This document shows, in pieces, positions 44,901 through 58,829 of a stretch of 64,000 nucleotides of DNA. The number at the start of each line of letters is the position of its first letter. The first letter of the stretch is position 1. The notes under the pieces are model-generated. The model was not told the DNA's origin. It made no database searches and saw only the letters and a program-made list of their open reading frames with translations. The position numbers and the translations under genes were made by a program. Where the stretch lies: contig OZ024745.1 in NCBI GenBank assembly GCA_964016885.1, forward strand, positions 64,356,001-64,420,000. Direction: 5' to 3'. Source of the stretch: Eledone cirrhosa (lineage: Eukaryota).

Positions 44901-46290
44901 AAAAATGGATCCTCCAAATAAAAAATGGATCACCCAAATAAAAAATGGATCCACCAAATAAAAAATGGATCCCCCAAATAAAAAATGGATCCCCCAAATA
45001 AAAAATGGATCCCCCAAATAAAAAATGGATCACCCAAATAAAAAATGGATCCCCCAAATAAAAAATGGATCACCCAAATAAAAAATGGATCCCCCAAGTA
45101 AAAAATGGATCACCCAAATAAAAAATGGATCACCCAATTAAAAAATGGATCTCCCAAATAAAAAATGGATCACCCAAATAAAAAATGGATCCCCCAAATA
45201 AAAAATGGGTCACCCAAATAAAAAATGGATCACCCAAATAAAAAATGGATCCCCCAAATAAAAAATGGATCACCCAAATAAAAAATGGATCACCCAAATA
45301 AAAAATGGATCCCCTAAATAAAAAATGGATCACCCAAATTAAAAATGGATCCTCCAAATAAAAAATGGATCACCCAAATAAAAAATGGATCACCCAAATA
45401 AAAAATGGATCCCCCAAATAAAAAATGGATCACCCAAATAAAAAATGGACCCCCAAAATAAAAAAATTGATCACCCAAATAAAAAATGGATCACCCAAAT
45501 AAAAAATGGATCCCCCAAATAAAAAATGGATCACCCATATAAAAAATGAATCCCCCAAATAAAAAATGGACCTCCCCATAAAAAATCGGTGCACCCAAAT
45601 AAAAAACGGACCCCTCCATAAAAAACGGGGCACCCAAATAAAAAACGGGGTACCCAAATAAAAAACGGACCACCCCATAAAAAAACGGAGCACCCAAATA
45701 AAAAACAGGGTACCCAAATAAAAAACGGGGCACCCAAATAAAAAAACGGACCCCCCCATAAAAAAACGGGGCACCCAAATAAAAAACGGACCCCCCCATA
45801 AAAAAACGGGGCACCCAAATAAAAAACGGGGTACCCAAATAAAAAACGGGCCCTCCCCCATATAAAAACGGGGCACCCAAATAAAAAACGGACCCCCCCA
45901 TAAAAGAACGGGGCACCCAAATAAAAAACGGACCCCCCCATAAAAGAACGGGGCACCCAAATAAAAAACGGGGCACCCAAATAAATAACGGACCCCCCCA
46001 TAAAAAAACGAGGCACCCAAATAAAAAACGGGGTACCCAAATAAAAAACGGGGCACCCAAATAAAAAACGGGGCACACTAATAAAAAATGGATCCCCCAA
46101 ATAAAAAATGGATCCCCCAAATAAAAAATGGATCCCCCAAATAAAAAATGGATCACCCAAATAAAAAATGTATCCCATAAATAAAAAATGGATCACCCAA
46201 ATAAAAAATGGATCACCCAAATAAAAAATGGATCCCCCAAATAAAAAATGGATCACCCAAATAAAAAATGGATCACCCAAATATAAAATG
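38980..46290 (+). repeat. Tandem triplication, period 2742 bp (two full copies plus a partial third)
   Basis: ORF series 39346/42088/44830, 39646/42388/45130, 39946/42688/45430. Markers CGGGCCCTCCCCC (3 copies), AAACAATGG and GGGCGCCC (2 copies each). Confidence 0.9.
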
Positions 46291-47759
46291 GATCCCTCAA
46301 ATAAAAAATGGATCACCCAAATAAAAAATGTATCACCCAAATAAAAAATGGATGCCCCAAATAAAAAATGGATCACCCAAATAAAAAATGGATCACCCAA
46401 ATAAAAAATGGATCCCCCAAATAAAAAATGGATCACATAAATAAAAAATGGATCCCCCAAATAAAAAATGGATCACCCAAATGAAAAATGGATCACCCAA
46501 ATAAAAAATGGATCACCCAAATAAAAAATGGATCACCCAAATAAAAAATGGATCACCCAAATAAAAAATGGATCCCCCAAATAAAAAATGGATCCCCCAA
46601 ATAAAAAATGGATCACCCAAATAAAAAATGTATCACCCAAATAAAAAATGGATCCCCCAAATAAAAAATGGATAACCCAAATAAAAAATGGATTCCCCAA
46701 ATAAAAAATGGATCACCCAAATAAAAAATGGATCACCCAAATAAAAAATGGATCCCCCAAATAAAAAATGGATCCCCAAAATAAAAAATGAATCACCCAA
46801 ATAAAAAATGGATCACCCAAATAAAAAATGGATCCCCCAAATAAAAAATGGATCACCCATATAAAAAGTGAATCCCCCAAATAAAAAATGGACCCCCCAT
46901 AAAAAATCGGTGTACCCAAATAAAAAACGTACCCCCCATAAAAAAACGGGGCACCCAAAAAAAAACGGACCCCCCATAAAAAAACGGGGTACACAAATGA
47001 AAAACGCCCTTCCCCATAAAAAAACGGGGCACCCAAATAAAAAACGGGGTACCCAAATAAAAAACGGACCCCCCCATAAAAAAACGGGGCACCCAAATAA
47101 AATACGGGGTACCCAAATAAAAAACGGGGCACCCAAATAAAAAACGGGGCACACTAATAAAAAATGGATCCCCCAAATAAAAAATGGATCCCCCAAATAA
47201 AAAATGGATCACCCAAATAAAAAATGTATACCATAAATAAAAAATGGGTCACCCAAATAAAAAATGGATCACCCAAATATAAAATGGATCCCTCAAATAA
47301 AAAATGGATCACCCAAATAAAAAATGTATCACCCAAATAAAAAATGGATGCCCCAAATAAAAAATGGATCACCCAAATAAAAAATGGATCACCCAAATAA
47401 AAAATGGATCCCCCAAATAAAAAATGGATCACCCAAATAAAAAATGGATCACCGAAATAAAAAATGGATCCGCCAAATAAAAAATGGATCCCCCAAATAA
47501 AAAATGGATCACCCAAATAAAAAATGGATCACCCAAATAAAAAATGGATCACCGAAATAAAAAATGGATCACCCAAATAAAAAATGGATCACCCAAATAA
47601 AAAATGGATCCCCCAAATAAAAAATGGATCACCCAAATAAAAAATGGATCCCCCAAATAAAAAATGGATCACCCAAATAAAAAATGGATCACCCAAATGA
47701 AAAATAGATCCCCCAAATAAAAAATGGATCCCCCAAATAAAAAATGGATCCCCCAAATA

Positions 47760-50700
47760 AAAAATGGATCCCCCAAATAAAAAATGGATCCTCCAAATAA
47801 AAAATGGGTCACCCAAATAAAAAATGGATCCACCAAATAAAAAATGGATCCCCCAAATAAAAAAAGGATCCCCCAAATAAAAAATGGATCCCCCAAATAA
47901 AAAATGGATCACCCAAATAAAAACTGGATCCCCCAAATAAAAACTGGATCACCCAAATAAAAAATGGATCACCCAAATAAAAAATGGATCCCCCAAGTAA
48001 AAAATGGATCACCCAAATAAAAAATGGATCACCCAATTAAAAAATGGATCTCCCAAATAAAAAATGGATCACCCAAATAAAAAATGGATCCCCCAAATAA
48101 AAAATGGGTCACCCAAATAAAAAATGGATCACCCAAATAAAAAATGGATCCCCCAAATAAAAAATGGATCACCCAAATAAAAAATGGATCACCCAAATAA
48201 AAAATGGATCCCCTAAATAAAAAATGGATCACCCAAATTAAAAATGGATCCCCCAAATAAAAAATGGATCACCCAAATAAAAAATGGATCACCCAAATAA
48301 AAAATGGATCCCCCAAATAAAAAATGGATCACCCAAATAAAAAATGGACCCCCAAAATAAAAAAATTGATCACCCAAATAAAAAATGGATCACCCAAATA
48401 AAAAATGGATCCCCCAAATAAAAAATGGATCACCCAAATAAAAAACAGGGTACCCAAATAAAAAACGGGGCACCCAAATAAAAAAACGGACCCCCCATAA
48501 AAAAACGGGGCACCCAAATAAAAAACGGACCCCCCCATAAAAAAACGGGGCACCCAAATAAAAAACGGGGTACCCAAATAAAAAACGGACCCTCCCCCAT
48601 ATAAAAACGGGGCACCCAAATAAAAAACGGACCCCCCATAAAAGAACGGGGCACCCAAATAAAAAACGGACCACCGCATAAAAAAACGGGGCACCCAAAT
48701 AAAAAACGGACCCCCCCATAAAAGAACGGGGCACCCAAATAAAAAACGGGGCACCCAAATAAAAAACGGGGTACCCAAATAAAAAACGGACCCACCATAA
48801 AAAAAACGGGGCAACCAAATAAAAAACGGGGTACCCAAATAAAAAACGGACCCTCCCCATAAAAAAACGGGGCACCCAAATAAAAAACGGACCCCCATAT
48901 AAAAACGGGGCACCCGAATAAAAAACGGGGTACCCAAAAAAAAAACGGACCCCCCCATAAAAAACGGGGCACCCAAACAAAAAACGGGGTACCCAAATAA
49001 AAAACGAACCCCCCCCATAAAAAAACCGGGCACCCAAATAAAAAACGGTGTACCCAAATAAAATACGGACCCCCCCATAGTAACACGGGTCACCCAAATA
49101 AAAAACGGACCCCCCCATAAGAAAAGGGGCACCCAAATAAAAAACGGGGTACCCAAATAAATAACGGACCTCCCATAAAAAAAACGAGGCACCCAAATAA
49201 AAAACGGGGTACACAAATAAAAAACGGGGCACCCAAATAAAAAACGGGGCACACTAATAAAAAATGGATCCCCCAAATAAAAAATGGATCCCCAAGTAAA
49301 AAATGGATCCCATAAATAAAAAATGGATCACCCAAATAAAAAATGGATCACCCAAATAAAAAATGGATCCCCCAAATAAAAAATGGATCACCCAAATAAA
49401 AAATGGATCCCCCAAATAAAAAATGGATCCCCCAAATAAAAAATGGATCACCCAAATAAAAAATGGATCCCATAAATAAAAAATGGATCACCCAAATAAA
49501 AAATGTATCACCCAAATATAAAATGGATCCCTCAAATAAAAAATGGATCACCCAAATAAAAAATGGATCACCCAAATAAAAAATGGATGCCCCAAATAAA
49601 AAATGGATCACCCAAATAAAAAATGGATCACCCAAATAAAAAATGGGTCCCCCAAATAAAAAATGGATCACCCAAATAAAAAATGGATCAACCAAATAAA
49701 AAATGGATCACCCAAATAAAAAATGGATCCCCCAAATAAAAAATGGATCCCCCAAATAAAAAATGGATCCCACAAATCAAAAATGGATCACCCAAATAAA
49801 AAATGGATCTCCCAAATAAAAAATGGATCACCCAAATAAAAAATGGATCTCCCAAATAAAAAATGGATCACCCAAATAAAAAATGGATCCCCCAAATAAA
49901 AAATGGATCCCCCAAATAAAAAATGGATCCTCCAAATAAAAAATGGGTCACCCAAATAAAAAATGGATCCACCAAATAAAAAATGGATCCCCCAAATAAA
50001 AAATGGATCCCCCATATTAAAAAATGGATCCCCCAAATAAAAAATGGATCACCCAAATAAAAAATGGATCCCCCAAATAAAAACTGGATCACCCAAATAA
50101 AAAATGGATCACCCAAATAAAAAATGGATCCCCCAAGTAAAAAATGGATCACCCAAATAAAAAATGGATCACCCAATTAAAAAATGGATCTCCCAAATAA
50201 AAAATGGATCACCCAAATAAAAAATGGATCCCCCAAATAAAAAATGGGTCACCCAAATAAAAAATGGATCACCCAAATAAAAAATGGATCCCCCAAATAA
50301 AAAATGGATCACCCAAATAAAAAATGGATCACCCAAATAAAAAATGGATCCCCTAAATAAAAAATGGATCACCCAAATTAAAAATGGATCCCCCAAATAA
50401 AAAATGGATCACCCAAATAAAAAATGGATCACCCAAATAAAAAATGGATCCCCCAAATAAAAAATGGATCACCCAAATAAAAAATGGACCCCCAAAATAA
50501 AAAAATTGATCACCCAAATAAAAAATGGATCACCCAAATAAAAAATGGATCCCCCAAATAAAAAATGGATCACCCATATAAAAAATGAATCCCCCAAATA
50601 AAAAATGGACCTCCCCATAAAAAATCGGTGCACCCAAATAAAAAACGGACCCCTCCATAAAAAACGGGGCACCCAAATAAAAAACGGGGTACCCAAATAA

Positions 50701-52200
50701 AAAACGGACCCCCCCATAATAAAACGGAGCACCCAAATAAAAAACAGGGTACCCAAATAAAAAACGGGGCACCCAAATAAAAAAACGGACCCCCCCATAA
50801 AAAAACGGGGCACCCAAATAAAAAACGGACCCCCCCATAAAAAAACGGGGCACCCAAATAAAAAACGGGGTACCCAAATAAAAAACGGACCCTCCCCCAT
50901 ATAAAAACGGGGCACCCAAATAAAAAACGGACCCCCCATAAAAGAACGGGGCACCCAAATAAAAAACGGACCACCGCATAAAAAAACGGGGCACCCAAAT
51001 AAAAAACGGACCCCCCCATAAAAGAACGGGGCACCCAAATAAAAAACGGGGCACCCAAATAAAAAACGGGGTACCCAAATAAAAAACGGACCCCCCATAA
51101 AAAAAACGGGGCAACCAAATAAAAAACGGGGTACCCAAATAAAAAACGGACCCTCCCCATAAAAAAACGGGGCACCCAAATAAAAAACGGACCCCCCATA
51201 TAAAAACGGGGCACCCGAATAAAAAACGGGGTACCCAAATAAAAAACGGACCCCCCATAAAAAACGGGGCACCCAAACAAAAAACGGGGTACCCAAATAA
51301 AAAACGAACCCCCCATAAAAAAATGGGGCACCCAAGTAAAAAACGGACCCCCCCCATAAAAAAACCGGGCACCCAAATAAAAAACGGTGTACCCAAATAA
51401 AATACGGACCCCCCATAGTAACACGGGTCACCCAAATAAAAAACGGACCCCCCCATAAGAAAAGGGGCACCCAAATAAAAAACGGGGTACCCAAATAAAT
51501 AACGGACCTCCCATAAAAAAAACGAGGCACCCAAATAAAAAACGGGGTACACAAATAAAAAACGGGGCACCCAAATAAAAAACGGGGCACACTAATAAAA
51601 AATGGATCCCCCAAATAAAAAATGGATCCCCCAAGTAAAAAATGGATCCTATAAATAGAAAATGGATCACCCAAATAAAAAATGGATCACCCAAATAAAA
51701 AATGGATCCCCCAAATAAAAAATGGATCACCCAAATAAAAAATGGATCCCCCAAATAAAAAATGGATCCCCCAAATAAAAAATGGATCACCCAAATAAAA
51801 AATGGATCCCATAAATAAAAAATGGATCACCCAAATAAAAAATGTATCACCCAAATAAAAAATGGATCCCCCAAATAAAAAATGGATCACCCAAATAAAA
51901 AATGTATCACCCAAATATAAAATGGATCCCTCAAATAAAAAATGGATCACCCAAATAAAAAATGGATCACCCAAATAAAAAATGGATGCCCCAAATAAAA
52001 AATGGATCACCCAAATAAAAAATGGATCACCCAAATAAAAAATGGATCCCCCAAATAAAAAATGGATCACCCAAATAAAAAATGGATCAACCAAATAAAA
52101 AATGGATCACCCAAATAAAAAATGGATCCCCCAAATAAAAAATGGATCCCCCAAATAAAAAATGGATCCCACAAATCAAAAATGGATCACCCAAATAAAA
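47760..52200 (+). repeat. Older diverged tandem duplication, period about 2140-2340 bp
   Basis: ORF pairs 48029/50169, 48329/50469, 49348/51687. Private marker CATAGTAACACGGGTC at about 49077 and 51414. Copies differ by multi-monomer indels. Confidence 0.8.
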
Positions 52201-55200
52201 AATGGATCTCCCAAATAAAAAATGGATCACCCAAATAAAAAATGGATCCCACAAATAAAAAATGGATCCCCCAAATAAAAAATGGATCACCCAAATAAAA
52301 AATGGATCCCCCAAATAAAAAATGGATCACCGAAATAAAAAATGGATCACCCAAATAAAAAATGGATCCCCCAAATAAAAAATGGATCCCCCAAATAAAA
52401 AATGGAACACCCAAATAAAAAATGGATCACCCAAATAAAAAATGGATCCCCTAAATAAAAAATGGACCACCCAAATAAATAATGGATCACCCAAATAAAA
52501 ATTGGATCCCCCAATTAAAAAATGGATCACCCAAATAAAAAATGGATCACCCAAATAAAAAATGGATCCCCCAAATAAAAAATGGATCCACCAAATAAAA
52601 AATGGATCACCCAAATGAAAAATGTATCACCCAAATAAAAAATGGATCCCCCAAATAAAAAATGGATCACCCAAATAAAAAATGGATTCCCCAAATAAAG
52701 AATGGATCACCCAAATAAAAAATGGATCACCCAAATAAAAAATGGATCCCCCAAATAAAAAATGGATCCCCAAAATAAAAAATGGATCACCCAAATAAAA
52801 AATGGATCACCCAAATAAAAAATGGATCACCCATATAAAAAGTGAATCCCCCAAATAAAAAATGGACCCCCCATAAAACATCGGTGCACCCAAATAAAAA
52901 ACGGACCCCCCCCCATAAAAAACGGGGCACCCAAATAAAAAACGTACCCCCCCATAAAAAAACGGGGCACCCAAATAAAAAACGGGGTACCCAAATAAAA
53001 AACGGACCCCCCCATATAAAAACTGGGCACCCAAATAAAAAACGGGGTACCCAAATAAAACCGGACCCCCCCCGTAAAAAAAGGGGCACCCAAATAAAAA
53101 ACGGGGTACACAAATGAAAAACGCCCTCCGCCATAAAAAACGGGGCACCCAAATAAAAAACGGGGTACCCAAATAAAAAACGGACCCCCCATAAAAAAAT
53201 GGGGCACCCAAATAAAAAACGGACCCCCCATAAAAAAACCGGGCACCCAAATAAGAAACGGGGTACCCAAATAAAATACGGACCCCCCATAAAAACACGG
53301 GTCACCCAAATAAAAAACGGACCCCCCCATAAAAAAACGGGGCACCCAAGTAAAAAACGGGGTACCCAAATAAATAACGGACCCCCCCATAAAAAAACGA
53401 GGCACCCAAATAAAAAACGGGGTACCCAAATAAAAAACGGGGCACCCAAATAAAAATCGAGGCACACTAATAAAAAATGGATCCCCCAAATAAAAAATGG
53501 ATCCCCCAAATAAAAAATGGATCCCCCAAATAAAAAATCGATCACCCAAATAAAAAATGGATCCCATAAATAAAAAATGGATCACCCAAATAAAAAATGG
53601 ATCACCCAAATAAAAAATGGATCCCCCAAATAAAAAATGGATCACCCAAATAAAAAATGGATCACCCAAATATAAAATGGATCCCTCAAATAAAAAATGG
53701 ATCACCCAAATAAAAAATGGATCACCCAAATAAAAAATGGATGCCCCAAATAAAAAATGGATCACCCAAATAAAAAATGGATCACCCAAATAAAAAATGG
53801 ATCCCCCAAATAAGAAATGGATCAGCCAAATAAAAAATGGATCACCGAAATAAAAAATGGATCCGCCAAATAAAAAATGGATCCCCCAAATAAAAAATGG
53901 ATCACCCAAATAAAAAATGGATCACCCAAATAAAAAATGGATCCCCCAAATAAAAAATGGGTCACCCAAATAAAAAATGGATCACCCAAATAAAAAATGG
54001 ATCACCCAAATAAAAAATGGATCACCCAAATAAAAAATGGATCCCCCAAATAAAAAATGGATCCCCCAAATAAAAAATGGATCACCCAAATAAAAAATGG
54101 ATCACCCAAATAAAAAATGGATCCCCCAAATAAAAAATGGATCCCCCAAATAAAAAATGGATCCCCCAAATAAAAAATGGATCCCCCAAATAAAAAATGG
54201 ATCCCCCAAATAAAAAATAGATCACCCAAATAAAAAATGGATCACCCAAATAAAAAATGGATCCCCCGAGTAAAAAATGGATCACCCAAATAAAAAATGG
54301 ATCCCCCAATAAAAAAATGGATCTCCCAAATAAAAAATGGATCACCCAAATAAAAAATGGATCCCCCAAATAAAAAATGGGTCACCCAAATAAAAAATGG
54401 ATCACCCAAATAAAAAATGGATCCCCCAAATAAAAAATGGATCAGCCAAATAAAAAATGGATCACCCAAATAAAAAATGGATCCCCTAAATAAATAATGG
54501 ATCACCCAAATTAAAAATGGATCCCCCAAATAAAAAATGGATCACCGAAATAAAAAATGGATCACCCAAATAAAAAATGGATCCCCAAAATAAAAAATTG
54601 ATCACCCAAATAAAAAATGGATCACCCAAATAAAAAATGGATCCCCCAAATAAAAAATGGATCACCCATATAAAAAATGAATCCCCCAAATAAAAAATGG
54701 ACCCCCCATAAAAAATCGGTGCACCCAAATAAAAAACGGACCCCTCCATAAAAAAACGGGGCACCCAAATAAAAAACGGGGTACCCAAATAAAAAACGGA
54801 CCCCCCATAAAAAAACGGAGCACCCAAATAAAAAACTGGGTACCCAAATAAAAAACGGGGCACCCAAATAAAAAACGGGGCACCCAAATAAAAAAACGCA
54901 CCCCCCCCTAAAAAAACGGGGCACCCAAATAAAAAACGGACACCCCCATAAAAAAACGGGGCACCCAAATAAAAAACGGGGTACCCAAATAAAAAACGGA
55001 CCCTCCCCCATATAAAAACGGGGCACCCAAATAAAAAACGGACCCCCCATAAAAGAACGGGGCACCCAAATAAAAAACGGACCGCCGCATAAAAAAACGG
55101 GGCACCCAAATAAAAAACGGACCCCCCCATAAAAGAACGGGGCACCCAAATAAAAAATGGATCCCCCAAATAAAAAATGGATCCCCCAAATAAAAAATGG

Positions 55201-58026
55201 ATCACCCAAATAAAAAATGGATCACCCAAATAAAAAATGGATCCCCTAAATAAAAAATGGACCACCCAAATAAAAAATGGATCACCCAAATAAAAATTGG
55301 ATCCCCCAATTAAAAAATGGATCACCCAAATAAAAAATGGATCACCCAAATAAAAAATGGATCCCCCCAAAAAAAAATGGATCCACCAAATAAAAAATGG
55401 ATCACCCAAATGAAAAATGTATCACCCAAATAAAAAATGGATCCCCCAAATAAAAAATGGATCACCCAAATAAAAAATGGATTCCCCAAATAAAAAATGG
55501 ATCACCCAAATAAAAAATGGATCACCCCATAAAAAATCGGTGCACCCAAATAAAAAACGGACCCCCCCATAAAAAAACGGGGCACCCAAATAAAAAACGG
55601 ACCCCCCCATAAAAAAACGGGGCACCCAAATAAAAAACGGACCCCCCCATAAAAAAACGAGGCACCCAAATAAAAAACGGGGTACCCAAATAAAAAACGG
55701 ACCCCCCCATAAAAAAACGGGGCACCCAAATAAAAAACGGACCCCCCCATAAAAAAACGAGGCACCCAAATAAAAAACGGGGTACCCAAATAAAAAACGG
55801 GGCACCCAAATAAAAAACGGGGCACACTAATAAAAAATGGATCCCCCAAATAAAAAATGGTTCCCCCAAATAAAAAATGGATCCCCCAAATAAAAAATCG
55901 ATCACCCAAATAAAAAATGGATCCCATAAATAAAAAATGGATCACCCAAATAAAAAATGGATCACCCAAATAAAAATTGGATCCCCCAAATAAAAAATGA
56001 TTCACCCAAATAAAAAATGGATCACCCAAATATAAAATGGATCCCTCAAATAAAAAATGGATCACCCAAATAAAAAATGGATCACCCAAATAAAAAATGG
56101 ATGCCCCAAATAAAAAATGGATCACCCAAATAAAAAATGGATCACCCAAATAAAAAATGGATCCCCCAAATAAGAAATGGATCACCCAAATAAAAAATGG
56201 ATCACCGAAATAAAAAATGGATCCGCCAAATAAAAAATGGATCCCCCAAATAAAAAATGGATCACCCAAATAAAAAATGGATCACCCAAATAAAAAATGG
56301 ATCCCCCAAATAAAAAATGGATCACCCAAATAAAAAATGGATCACCCAAATAAAAGATGGATCACCCAAATAAAAAATGGATCACCCAAATAAAAAATGG
56401 ATCACCCAAATAAAAAATGGATCCCCCAAATAAAGAATGGATCCCCCAAATAAAAAATGGATCACCCAAATAAAAAATGGATCACCCAAATAAAAAATGG
56501 ATCCCCCAAATAAAAAATGGATCCCCCAAATAAAAAATGGATCACCCAAATAAAAAATGGATCCCCCAAATAAAAAATGGATCCCCCAAATAAAAAATGG
56601 ATCACCCAAATAAAAAATGGATCACCCAAATAAAAAATGGATCCCCCAAGTAAAAAATGGATCACCCAAATAAAAAATGGATCCCCCAATTAAAAAATGG
56701 ATCTCCCAAATAAAAAATGGATCACCCAAATAAAAAATGGATCCCCCAAATAAAAAATGGATCCCCCAAATAAAAAATGGATCACCCAAATAAAAAATGG
56801 ATCCCCTAAATAAAAAATGGATCACCCAAATTAAAAATGGATCCCCCAAATAAAAAATGGATCACCCAAATAAAAAATGGATCACCCATATAAAAAATGA
56901 ATCCCCCAAATAAAAAATGGACCCCCCCCATAAAAAATCGGTGCACCCAAATAAAAAACGGACCCCTCCATAAAAAAACGGGGCACCCAAATAAAAAACG
57001 TGGTACCCAAATAAAAAACGGACCCCCCCATAAAAAAATGGAGCACCCAAATAAAAAACAGGGTACCCAAATAAAGAACGGGGCACCCAAATAAAAAACG
57101 GGGCACCCAAATAAAAAAACGCACCCCCCCCTAAAAAAACGGGGCACCCAAATAAAAAACGGACACCCCCATAAAAAAAAGGGGCACCCAAATAAAAAAC
57201 GGGGTACCCAAATAAAAAACGGACCCTCCCCCATATAAAAACGGGGCACCCAAATAAAAAACGGACCCCCCATAAAAGAACGGGGCACCCAAATAAAAAA
57301 CGGACCGCCGCATAAAAAAACGGGGCACCCAAATAAAAAACGGACCCCCCCATAAAAGAACGGGACACCCAAATAAAAAACAGACCCCCCCATGAAAAAA
57401 CGGGGCACCCAAATAAAAAACGGACACCCCCATAAAAAAACGGGGCACCCAAATAAAAAACGGGGTACCCAAATAAAAAACGGACCCCCCCCCCCAAAAA
57501 AAACGGGGCACCCAAATAAAAAACGGTGTACCCAAATAAAAAACGGACACCCCCATAAAAAACGAGGCACCCAAATAAAAAACGGGGTACCCAAATAAAT
57601 AGCGGACCCCCCCATAAAAAAACGGGACACACAAATAAAGAACGAGGTACCCAAATAAAAAACGGACCCCCCCATAAAAAAACGGGTCACCCAAATAAAA
57701 AACGGGGTACCCAAATAAAAAACGGACCCTCCCCATAAAAAAACGAGGCACCCAAATAAAAAACGGACCCTCCCCATAAAAAAAAGGGGCACCCAAATAA
57801 AAAACGGACCCCACCATATAGAAACGGGGCACCCGAATAAAAAACGGGGTACCCAAATAAAAAACGGGACCCCCCGTAGAAAAACGGGGCACCCAAATAA
57901 AAAACGGGGTACGCAAATAAAAAACGGGGTACCCAAACAAAAAACGGGGCACCCAAATAAAAAATGGATCACCCAACTAAAAAATGGATCCCCCAAATAA
58001 AAAATGGTTCCGACAAATAAAAGAGG

Positions 58027-58829
58027 GATCAATTTTTTATTTGGGTGATCCATTCTTTATTTGGGTGATCCATTTTTTATTTGGGTGATCCATTTTTCAT
58101 TTGGGTGATCCATTTTTTATTTGGGGGATCCATTTTTTATTTGGGGGATCCATTTTTTATTTGGGTGATCCATTTTTTATTTGGGGGATCCATTTTTTAT
58201 TTGGGGGATCCATTTTTTATTTGGGTGATCCATTTTTTATTTGGGTGATCCATTTTTTATTTTGGGGATCCAGTTTTTATTTGGGGGATCCATTTTTTAT
58301 TTGTGTGATCCATTTTTTATTTGGGTGATCCATTTTTTATTTGGGGGATCCATTTTTTATTTGGGTGATCCATTTTTTATTTGGGGGATCCTTTTTTTAT
58401 TTGGGGGATCCATTTTTTATTTGGGTGATCCATTTTTTATTTGGGTGATCCATTTTTTATTTGGGGGATCCATTTTTTATTTGGGGGATCCATTTTTTAT
58501 TTGGGTGATCCATTTTTTATTTGGGTGATCCATTTTTTATTTGGGGGATCCATTTTTTATTTGGGTGATCCATTTTTTATTTGTGGGATCCATTTTTTAT
58601 TTGGGTGATCCATTTTTTATTTGGGGATCCACTTTTTATTTGGGTGATCCATTTTTTATTTGGGTGATCCATTTTTTATGTGGGTGATCCATTTTTTATT
58701 TAGGGGATCCATTTTTTATTTGGGGGATCCATTTTTTATTTGGGTGATCCATTTTTTATTTGGGGGATCCATTTTTTATTTGGGTGATCCATTTTTTATT
58801 TGGATGATCCATTTTTTATTTGATGGATC
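58027..58829 (-). repeat. Inverted island 3 of A-type monomers (about 40 monomers)
   Basis: Left junction AAAAGAGG-GATC-AATTTTTTATTT (GATC 58027-58030). Right junction TATTTGATG-GATC-CCCAAAATAAAAATGAAAC (GATC 58826-58829). Confidence 0.95.

Noticed and set aside
2958-57598. Short plus-strand K/P/G-rich ORFs (e.g. MKNALPHKKTGHPNKKRGTQIK...) that look like basic DNA-binding peptides
   Set aside because: They are translations of B cassettes in frames that happen to avoid the TAA in each monomer. No independent coding evidence.
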